From positions 117,678,001 through 117,742,000 of the forward strand of contig CM059432.1 in NCBI GenBank assembly GCA_030390025.1: 64,000 bases of DNA, written 5' to 3'. Below the pieces are notes generated by a model. That model worked only from the letters and a program-made list of their open reading frames with translations. It did not search any database and was not told where the DNA came from. Positions 50,943-61,081 of the stretch are shown here, one piece after another (the first letter of the stretch is position 1; each line of letters begins with the position of its first letter). The translations under genes and the position numbers were made by a program. Origin of the DNA: Squalus acanthias. Lineage: Eukaryota.

Positions 50943-52186
50943 TTGGGGATAAATTCGTGATCCCCAGCAACTGGAGTGAATGGTCGCTGAAAATGGCCGC
51001 TACGCTAATGAAGCAAAATTGGTCTGGGGGGCATGGAGATTGGTGGTACAGCGCTTAACTTCCGTGCATCGCCCTCCTGGTGGCATTGCTGGAGGCATCC
51101 GAGACAAAGTTCCTGTCCAGGTGCAGCATTGGAGCTTCCCACAGCCTCTGGAATCGAAGTTGTGGAGCTCGCAAGGAATTATGGGCAATGAAGAGGTCTG
51201 AGAATTAAAGGGTCCATGCACACTGAAGCGATACAAATTAAAATCCAGTGAAACAATGCAGTTTTCAGCCCTTTCTGCCTTTAAAAAAAGATTTAATTGT
51301 AAAAAGAAGTCCCAAATGTGAATATTCAGTTCATAAAGCTGAATTACCTTCCTAACCTCAACAAATGGGATAACTGCCTCAGCACTAACACAAATGGCTC
51401 AGCAAGCCAGGGAAGGGGCACCGAGGGTCTCACATGCAGCACTCCAGCTTTGTGCAGGGGTCAACACTGCAAGAGCGGCCGTCTACCCACAAGGGCCAGG
51501 AGGCCCTCCAGAAAGAACAATGTGGGACCACATCACCGAGGCTGTCACCGCCAGCAGTGGCACCCGCACCACCTGGCTCCAGTGCCCAAAGAAGCTTCAT
51601 GACCTCAGAACACTGGTCAAGGTCAGTGAATGCATCTTCCCCAGCATTACATGTTTCACAAATGAACTATAAATCCAGTTTAATAACAGGTTTGCGGAGC
51701 CTTCCTGATCTCCTTACTGAAGGTTTTGATGTTGAACCAATTTTCAGGCTGTTTTGATTTGGTTCTGAACTCAAAGATGATCCTGTTTCTATCTCAGACT
51801 TGTTTGAACCTGGTACTTCAGTTACTGAGTCTGAACTGAGTCAAACTCATCAATGTGTTCATGGTCAAGTGGTTCAAGATCACTGTCCAATCCAGGCCAG
51901 TAAACAAAGCTTCTTGCAATTGATTTCATACTGACGATCCCTGGATGTTTAGTATGAAATTCAGCCAGAATTCTATCTCTCAAAGAAGTAGGTACCACCA
52001 CTCTGTTTCCCCATATGATACAACCTTGCTCACAAGACAATTCAGGACGACGGTTATGGAATGGTTTCAATTCTGTGCTCATGAACTGATCAGTCCATCC
52101 ATTCAAGGTGTTTTCATACACTCTTTTCAGCACTGAGTCTTTTGAGTCTCATCTGTAATCTCAGTTGCATTCATGGGAAAGTCTTT

Positions 52187-52900
52187 GGGGGTGAAATTGG
52201 GTGCCTTTGCGCCTCCGTTTGCGCCCCCGGTGGACGTTAATGGGGCGCAAATGGCTTTGCGATCGGACGCAGCACTGACATCGACTCCTGCCATATTCAG
52301 CGGGAGTTTTGGGGTGGCGCTACAGTGTTATGCCCTGATCTCCTTCGCCCAGAGATCATGACGACATCGCCATGCGCATCGCCCCGGTAGTGCCCCGGAC
52401 CTGAAATTTACGTCCATCCCCTACAGCACTGTCTGGCAAAAACACCGACAGCTGCAGGAGGCGTTCATCGGGTGGCCGGCCACTTCGGGGGCGATGATTA
52501 AAGGCGAGGTGGCCGAGATAAGTAAAAGAAAAACTTAACTTTCTTGTTCTGCATTTTTTCGTGTGTTTCTGCCCACGATTGATCAGCTCAGCACTCTGCT
52601 TGAGTGCCGGGCTGATCGCGTGGGATCGCGGCTGCCTTTGTGGTCCAGGTAGGTAATTTTTCTATTGCAGAGCCTGCAACGATGGCCCTTCCCTTTAAGG
52701 GAGGGAAGGAGTGTTTGAACGCGGCACGCTGCACGGCCCAGTGTGCAGCGCTGCTGAAGTCTCCGCCCCGCCTGCTGCTGATTGCGCTCCAAGAGCGCAA
52801 AAACTAATTTTTTTAAATTTGGAAACATTAGTGCCTGCGCTAATTTTCAAAACTTTTAAGATTTAGCGCCCCAAACGGGGCGTCAGTGAATTTTTCCCCC
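52187..52900. mobile_element. Harbinger MITE (family C-like) inserted in Gypsy pol
   Basis: TIRs gggggtgaaatt / aatttttccccc; TTT TSD. Confidence 0.9.
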
Positions 52901-53890
52901 TTTGTCAAATGCACCTAGAGTGAAAAAGCACTTCACTCCCAACACCCGAGTCCTCATGTGGCAACCTGGACAAGGCATCTGCGATTGCGTTCTGCTTTGA
53001 AGTGCAATATTCAATCGTGTAGTCATATTGTGACAACAACACTGCCCAACATTGCATTCTTGATGCGGCCATTACAGGGATGGCAGATTTGGGCCCCAAT
53101 ATTGCTAGGAGCGGTTTGTGATCGGTTATCAGCGTAAACTTTCTGCCGATCAGGAACTGTTGGAATTTCTTGATACCAAACACTATGGCGAGTGCTTCCT
53201 TTTCAAATTGCATGTAGTTTCTTTCGCTCTTTGTGAGAGTTCATGATGTGAACATGATTGGTTTCTCTTGGCCATCATCCATTACGTGGCTTATGACAGC
53301 TCCCATACCGTAGCTGGAAGTATCACACGCTAACTTAAGCTCACACTCTGTGTCGTAGTGCACAAGTAGATCATCGCTGGAGAGACTTCTCTTACAAGCG
53401 TCATAAGCTTCCTGTTGTGCTTTCGTCCACTTCCACTGGACATCCTTCTTGAGGAGCTCGTGCAATAGAGCTAACATGGTTGCTAACTTAGGTAAGAAAC
53501 GTACGTATTACTGAACCATTCCAAGGAAAGATCTTAACTCAGACATGTTCTATGGCTTTGGAGCATTGATGACAGCATTAACCTTTTCCTTAACTGCTTG
53601 CAAGCCATTTGCATCAACTTTCAGACCAAGGTACACAACCTCAGGCTGCACAAAAGCACATTTGCTCCTTTTCAATTTGACATTGTGGGCATTCATCCGT
53701 TGAAGCACTAAATCTAACACTTCTAGATTTTCTTCCTCGCTGCTTCTTGTGATCAGCACATCGTCTTGATTGCATAAGCAATTTGGAACTCCTTGCAAAA
53801 TCTTATCCATCGTGGCCTGGAAGATTTTAGGGAAGGACTTTACACCATCCGGCAGCTTGGTGTATGAGTACAGTCCCTTGTGTGTGTTGG

Positions 53891-54407
53891 AAACATAGAA
53901 ACATAGAAAAATAGAAGCAGGAGTAGGCCATTCGGCCCTTCGAGCCTGCTCCGCCATTCAACATGATCATGGCTGATCCTCTATCTCAATACCATATTCC
54001 CGCTCTCTCCCCATACCCCTTGATGCCTTTTCTGTCTAGAAATCTATCTATCTCCTTCTTAAATATATTCAGTGACTTGGCCTCCACAGCATTCTGTGGT
54101 AGAGAATTCCACAGGCTCACCAGCCTCTGAGTGAAGAAATTTCTCCTCATCTCAGTCCTAAATGTCCTACCCTGTATCCTGAGACTGTGACCCCTCGTTC
54201 TAGACCCCCCGGCCAGGGGAAACATCCTCCCTGCATCCAGTCTGTCTAGCCCTGTCAGAATTTTATACGTTTCAATGAGATCCCCTCTCATTCTTCTAAA
54301 CTCTAGTGAATACAGGCCTAGTCGACCGAATCTCTCCTCATAAGACAGTCCTGCCATCCCAGGAATCAGTCTGGTGAACCTTCGCTGCACTCCCTCTATG
54401 CCAAGTA
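53891..54407 (-). mobile_element. Young CR1 3' end inserted in the Gypsy RT
   Basis: ORF 53986..54390; the Gypsy RT YLTI/NTHKGLY segment is split at this site. Confidence 0.9.
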
Positions 54408-54552
54408 TTGATGGTGAGATACTGTTGACTCTCTTTTGTCAACATTCAGCTGAGCGTAAGCATTCGACTGGTCAAGCTTGGAGAAAACCTTTGACCCAGA
54501 GAGTGCTACAATACAAATACTAGTCATCGTCAACTGCTTGGTTGATAGTAAC

Positions 54553-56653
54553 TCACTCACTAGAAGGAGACACCTAAAGAACAGATGGTGGGTGGAGAAA
54601 GCGCAGGAGATCCAGCAGTTAGCTGACAACCATGACGTGCGTGGATTCTTTAGCGTAGTCAAGACCACCTACGGCCCAATCACCGAAGGTCCTACCCCAC
54701 TGCGGGCCAAGAACGGAGAGGTACTCGTCAGGGACAGAGAGGCAGTCAGTGTCCGCTGGAAGGAGCACTTCGAAGATCACCTTAACCGAGATTGTGTCTT
54801 CGACGCGAGTGTCCTCAACTCCATCCCGCAGCATGCTACCCACCACCACCTCAGCACAACCCCAGCCCAGCATGAGGTTGAAAAGGCCATCAGACAACTG
54901 AAGAACAACAAGGCCTCAGGGGCAGATGGAATCCCCGCCGAGGCTCTAAAGCATGGTGGAGAAGCAATACTGGCGCGAATTCATGAACTAATTTCTCTTA
55001 TCTGGAAGGAGGAGAGCATGCCAGGGGATCTCAGAGACACCATAATCGTGACCATCTTCAAGAAAGGTGACAAGTCCGATTGCGGTAATTACAGAGGAGT
55101 CTCCCTGTTGTCTGCCACAGGGAAAGTCATCGCAAGAATCATCCTCAATCGCCTTCTCCCAGTGGCTGAAGATCTCCTCCCAGAGTCACAATGTGGATTT
55201 CGCCCACTAAGGGGCACAATGGACATGATCTTCACCGCGTGTCAACTTCAAGAGAAATGCAGGGAACAGCACCAACCGCTGTAAATGGCCTTCTTTGACC
55301 TCACAAAGGCCTTCGACACCGTCAACCGGGAGGGATTATGGAGTGTCCTCCTCAAATTCGGCTGCCCTCAAAAGTTTGTCACCATCCTCCGACTGCTTCA
55401 CGACGACATGCAAGGCGTGATCCTGACCAACGGTTCCAGCACAGACCCAATTCACGTACGAACCGGGGTCAAGCAAGGCTGTGTCATCGCACCAACGCTC
55501 TTCTCGATCTTCCTGGCTGCAATGCTCCATCTCACCCTCAGTAAGCTCCCCGCTGGAGTGGAGCTAATTTACAGAACAAACGGGAAACTGTTCAACCTCC
55601 GTCGCCTCCAGTCCAGATCCAAGGTCGTCCCATCCTCTGTCATCGAATTACAGTATGCAGACAACGCTTGCGTCTGCGCACACTCTGAGGCCTAACTCCA
55701 AACCATCGTCAACACCTTCACCGAAGCGTACAAGAGCATGGGCCTTACACTAAACATCCGTAAGACAAAGGTCCTCTACCAACCTGCCCCCCGCCACACA
55801 GTACTGCTCCCCGATTATCAAAATCCATGACGAGGCCTTGGACAACGTGGACCACTTTCCATACCTTGGGAGCCTACTGTCAACAAGGGCAGACATCGAT
55901 GATGAAGTCCAACACTGCCTTCAGTGTGCCAGTGCAGCCTTCGGTCGCCTGAGGAAGAGAGTGTTTGAGGACCAGGACCTCAAACCCAGCACCAAGCTCA
56001 TGGTCTACAGAGCAGTAGTGATGCCTGCCCTCCTGTATGCTTCAGAGACATGGACCATATACAGCAGGCACCTCAAAGCACTGGAGAGGTACCACCAACG
56101 CTGCCTCCGCAAGATCCTGCAAATCCATTGGCAGGATAGGCGCACCAACGTCAGTGTTCTCGCTCAGGCCAACATCCTCAGCATTGAAGCTTTGACCATG
56201 CTCGATCAGCTCCGATGGACGGGCCACATCGTCTGCATGCCCGATATGAGACTCCCAAAACAAGCGCTCTACTTGGAGCTCCGACACGGCAACAGAGCCC
56301 CAGGTGGGCAAAGGAATCGCTTCAAAGACACCCTCAAAGCCTCCTTGAAAAAGTGCAACATCGCCACTGACACCTGGGAATTCCTAGCCCAAGACGGCAC
56401 AAAGTGGAGGAGAAGCATCCGGGAAGGCGCCGAACACCTTGAGTCTCTTCGCCGGGAGCAAGCGGAAGCCAAGCGCAAACAGTGGAAGGAGCGCACGCCA
56501 AGCCAAGCACCGCACCCACATGCCCCTTCAACCATCGTCTGCCCCACCTGTGACAGAGACTGTAGGTCCCGCATTGGACTCATCAGTCACCTGAGAACAC
56601 ATTTTTATTGTGGAAGCAAGTCATCCTCGGTTCCGAGGGACTGCCTAAGAAGA
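54553..56653 (+). mobile_element. 5'-truncated RTE-clade (BovB-like) LINE inserted in the Gypsy RT
   Basis: KASGADGIPAE, NYRGVSLLS, ESQCGFRP, DLTKAFDTV, GVKQGCVIAP, QYADN; C-terminal C2H2 finger CPTC...HLRTH; short aag tail; stops at 55282 and 55693 plus a frameshift. Confidence 0.92.
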
Positions 56654-58420
56654 GTCACCGCACAAGCGTACAGTTTTGTCTGCTTTGGGCAATACCATAA
56701 TCGGGGTAGCCCATTCACTTTTGTCAGTTTTTACTAGTACTTAGTTCTCTGAGCTTCACTAGCTCTTCTTCCACCTGACTTTTCAACGCATAGGGACCGA
56801 CCTTGCCTTACAATAGACAGGCTTCATGTTGGACTTGATGCAGATATGCGCGTCATACCCAGTGATGCCCTCATAACTGTCTGTGAACATGCTTTCATAC
56901 TTGTTCAGTATTGTGTCGAGTCACTTCTTTGAAGCATCTACACTGAAGACATTTTTCCAGTCTAGTTTTAAAATTCTCTATTCGTCTTTGCCCATGAGAG
57001 TTAGCCTGTTGTTGTAGCTCGCTACAATAATAGGCAGCTTTACTGACTGGCCATTGTGTTGAACTGTACATTCCATTTGTCCACATGTCTCTAGGATTTC
57101 TCCAGAGTAGGCTTTTAAATCTATGGTACTCTTTGTAAGTGGAACTTGATTAAACTTACTCTCATATGTGTCCTTACTCATGATAGAGCAGTCCGCCGCC
57201 ATTTCGATACACATATTAATGTATTGCTCGTTGATCAAAAGTTTTGTATGGAAGTCTTTCTCACGACTGCTAGCATTGCTGCTAGTGGCATAGATACCGT
57301 AGATGCCTAGTTCTTCAACATCAGGTGTGTTCAATATTGTGAACTCCTCCCTTTTGTTGTCTGCTGCTTTGCATTGCCACTAGAATGGTTCTTACTTCCT
57401 GCTTTCGATCCATCTCTGCAAGCTGTTGAAATATGGCCTTGCTTCTGGCAGTGAAAACACTTCGCATTTCTTTATTGGCAGGACTGTGGTGAGTGATTTC
57501 CATTGCAGCGATAAGAATTCACTGAACTGCTCTCACCGACATGCTTTTGAGTCAGTCTCAGAGCTTTAGGTTCGGTAGTAGCTTTGTGACTGTAGTCCTT
57601 AGCTGCACTAGTCACTTGAGTTGGACGGAGCTCCCTTCTTAGATGCCAACTCCATAGATTGGGCAATTTTGCATGCTATGTCAAACTTTAGGTTTGGAGT
57701 ATTCAGTAACTTGGACTGTGTGCGCTCATCCACCAGTCCACACACAAACTAATCTCACAACGCACGATCCAAAAATATGCCGAAGTTACAATGCAAAGAC
57801 AGATTTTTAAGAGCTACAATGTACTCACTGATGGTTTCACTTTGTTTTTGGTTTCTGGTACCAAACTTATAGCTCTCTGCTATTTCTAATGGCTTTGGGT
57901 CGAAATGGTACTCGAGTTTCTCGACAATATCTTCAAACGACGAATCATTCGCTTTCCCTGGCGCGAGTAGGCTTGTCAACGTTCCATAGACATCTGGCCC
58001 GATCTCCATTTGAAAAATTGCTTTCTTCCATTCACAAATTGCTTAATTTTGAGTTTGAACATTCACATCTGCACCTTCGGTCTCAATAATGTTAAACATC
58101 TCCATCCGCTCAATGTAAGAACTGAATGGTCCGCGAGCTCGGTCATACATGTCGAGGTTTCCGATGAATCCCGTAGGCGCGGCCATGATTGTCCCGATCC
58201 CGTCGAACAGTGACTCAGCACGCTACCTGTGTACCTGTGAAAATCAACGTCGCAGCTGCTGTGTATACATACACGTGAAGGCAAAGCACAGATGATTCTG
58301 CATCAGCATTAACAGTAAAACATTGCAAGAAATTCAGTTTAGGTCACAAATTCACCTTAACCTTTTCCACTCGAAGGTTGAACACTGTGTCCTTCCATTA
58401 TCCCTAAAAATGGCTTTGGG

Positions 58421-58438
58421 ATCCCATCCTCATCACCA
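58421..58438 (-). promoter_or_regulatory. Primer-binding site complementary to the tRNA-Ser(GCT) 3' end
   Basis: Plus strand atcccatcctcatcacca versus the vertebrate tRNA-Ser(GCT) end atcccatcctcgtcgcca (from recall; two CpG-type transitions); 3 nt from the LTR. Confidence 0.8.
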
Positions 58439-58441
58439 AAA

Positions 58442-58577
58442 TGTAATATATGTGGGTAGAACAAATGAAGGACAGAGACAGGATGAATTGCTAGTTCACG
58501 TGCTTGCTTATTAGGCCAGAGCGAACTGAGCATGCTCAAAATAAACCATGTGACAAAGCACGTGATAATACATTACA
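58442..58577 (-). repeat. Gypsy 5' LTR (136 bp)
   Basis: tgtaat...attaca inverted termini adjacent to the PBS. Confidence 0.8.
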
Positions 58578-59854
58578 CTGAGTATTCACAGCATGTTCTG
58601 TCTTCTCAAAGGCCTTCATTTACCATCCGAACCCTTGCAAGCTTACAACGACATGCCCTACACACTTAAAAAACTTTTCACCTCTATTGCAGCAAGCCAC
58701 CAAATAAAACCCAGTCCAAAACTTTACATTCAAACTTACCTAACGATGTGCGCGTCCCTTTAAGAGGTGCAGGCATCACCACTATCAGCCTGCTTGCACT
58801 CCAGGTTAACTTGGCGTGCTTAGGACCTAGCGCTGAATCAGCACTAGGGTTGAAGTTGGCGTTGGTGACGTTAAGTTGGCGTTGCATGCCGATTGACGTC
58901 ACCACGTCACCATTTTTTCTTTCAGGGCGCTACCAGTTACCGGCAGCGCAAAGGGGGAGATGAATATGGCGGCCGCTGTGGGACCTGCCACCAACTGTCG
59001 AAAGAGTGGTGGCCACCATTTTATCGCCATTTTGTGGCGCAACAGAGTGGCGCTCAACTGATGAATTTCTAGCCCCTTTATCTTAAATTCTCACTTCAGG
59101 ATTCAGCAGAGAAGGCGGGTAATCCTTTGACCGGGAAATCTTTAGATAAAAGCGACTTGGAAATCCTGCAATTTGACCAGGTACACAAGTACAGTGATAT
59201 GAATCTAACTCACCCATCCCTTTAACAAACTCTCACTGCCTCAGTGTTCACAACTGCACATTTCAGGACAAACTGTTCACCAGATTTCAAGTTCCCAGGC
59301 CAGACTCTTCCCTCTGCTCAGTTTGTGTTGCATGAAGTTAGTTGTAGTTTCCCAGCTCTCAGTAACTGTTAAGCAGTCTTCATCCCTACACACAAATACT
59401 GTATGGCAACAGGACACCAATGGAGCATCCTCGGAGGCCCACCACCAGGTAAAGAAAAGCTCTTCACGCTCTCTATTACCTATAATCATCGACAAGAGCT
59501 GATCACAGCATGGCTGCGTTTGATTGAAGACTTTACTCAAAAAACCAAGAGTATGTCAGGGATCTGATGAGGTACCACAGTGAGAGCTGTTTCTGTTTTG
59601 CTTTTAGCTACAACGTCTCTTTCCTGCAATGTGCATTCTGCTCTCTTACTGTTTGTTTAATCCATACCTGTAACTGTTTCAGAGGGAGGAGTTTGCCAAA
59701 TATTGATGAATTAGCCCATCATGTATTGGGAATTATCACTGCTGTGCATTTTGGAGCAATTAATATATACAGTTATACTGACAAGCTTTTTAGGCACAGT
59801 GCAGGTGTTAAAACACCAAGGGGGAAAAATTGGACATCGACAGAAATCTGCCTC

Positions 59855-60190
59855 TAGGGAGAACCTATTTCACTTAGCAGAGAGGTCAATAACCAGGGGG
59901 CATAGCTTTTTAAGATAATTGGTAGAATGATTAGAGGGGAGTTGAGGAGAACCTTTTTCACACAAAGGGTGGTGGGGGTCTGGAACTCACTGTCTGAAAG
60001 GGTGGTAGAGGCAGAAACCCTGATCGCATTAAAAAATACTTGGATATGCACTTGAAGTGCCGTAACCAACAGGGCTACGGAACAAGAGCTGGAAAGTGGG
60101 ATTCGGCTGGCTAGCTCTTTCTCAGCCGGCACGGACAAGATGGGCCTGAATGTCCTCCTTCTGTGCCGTAAATTTCTATGATTCTATGTA
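59855..60190 (+). mobile_element. CR1 3' end
   Basis: tttttcacacaaagggtggtgggggtctggaactcactg and a TTCTATG tail. Confidence 0.8.
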
Positions 60191-60496
60191 TATTGTTGAA
60201 CAGAGCAGAGGAAGATTTAGCTTTCAACTAACCCATGCTACAACTGACCTAGAATTCATTGGCACTGGTACTGAGTGCAAAAAATGGGAGTATATTTCAT
60301 TCCTCAAGCACACTTATCCCTCACTCTAGTAAGTGCAAACTTTGCCAAAGTAAAAATAAGATCAATAAATGGCACTTCGGATTTGAGCTACATTGTAACA
60401 GTTCCATAATAGCAAAGTGAATGCGTGACTCAGTTCCAAGATTAATTTTACCATTGAAAATAATAGGGATTTGAAAAACACCCTGAACTTTTCTAG

Positions 60497-60783
60497 GCAA
60501 AATACTGCGGATGCAGGAACTCTGAAATATAAACAGAAAATGCTGGAAATACTCAGCAGGCCAGGCAGCATCTGTGGAGAGAGAGAAATCTGTGAATGCT
60601 GAGGCTTTGAGTATATTCAAGGCTGAGGTAGATAGATTTTTGGACTCTAGGGAATCAAGGGATATGGAGATCGGGTGGGAAAGTGGAGTTGAGGTCGATG
60701 ATCAGCCATGATCTTATTGAATGGCGGAGCAGGCTCGAGGGACCGTATGGCCGACTCCTGCTCTTACTTCTTATGTTCTTATG
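60497..60783. mobile_element. Penelope pseudo-LTR fragment (-, about 60497-60588) abutting a CR1 tail (+, about 60586-60783)
   Basis: The first part matches 46067-46155; the second ends in ttcttatgttcttatg. Confidence 0.75.
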
Positions 60784-61081
60784 AAAGGTTCTCTAGGCCT
60801 AGAGCTAATGAAGTACGAGTTTGGTCAGTTCTATCTTACTGTCCAAGTTTGGATCAGGCTCACTTGGGGCCCAGCTATTCACTCATGTCTGGATTTGTCG
60901 TTGCCCCTATTCACCTTTTTGACTATTTCCCTTTTCTCTTCACATCCTTCTCTGAATCTCTGAATGCAGCGAGATTTGAGCAGAAAGGAGAACTCTTTCA
61001 GGGCTCCATTTACATTTGAAAGAGCTCAAAGTACTGTCACTTTACCTGACTCCCTTTCTCTCTTGTCTCACCAGTGATGTC

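Larger units (their letters stand above)
51640..58577 (-). mobile_element. Degenerate Ty3/Gypsy LTR retrotransposon (gag-PR-RT-RNaseH-IN order); integrase core and 3' LTR missing
   Basis: gag ATG at 58186 with Zn-knuckle remnants; RT PKADKTVRLCGD, FSKLDQSNAY and NQDD; RNaseH LACDTSSYG, EKEALAI, TDHKPL, ADALSRLP; integrase N-terminus HPGI..MK..ARSFVYWPG fused directly to the C-terminal tail. Confidence 0.92.
50945..59075. mobile_element. Harbinger remnant: left end with Myb exon 1 (51394-51621) and right end (about 58578-59075), enclosing the Gypsy element
   Basis: MAQQAREG...WDHITEAVTA...RTTWLQCPKKLHDLRTLVK followed by donor gtcagt; ends ggggataaattc / gaatttctagccc; possible CTT TSD. Confidence 0.65.

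Noticed and set aside
59277..59540. Minus-strand ORF/exon possibly linking to the 39.3-kb candidates through a 20-nt exon
   Set aside because: The splice sites are weak and the join depends on chance matches.
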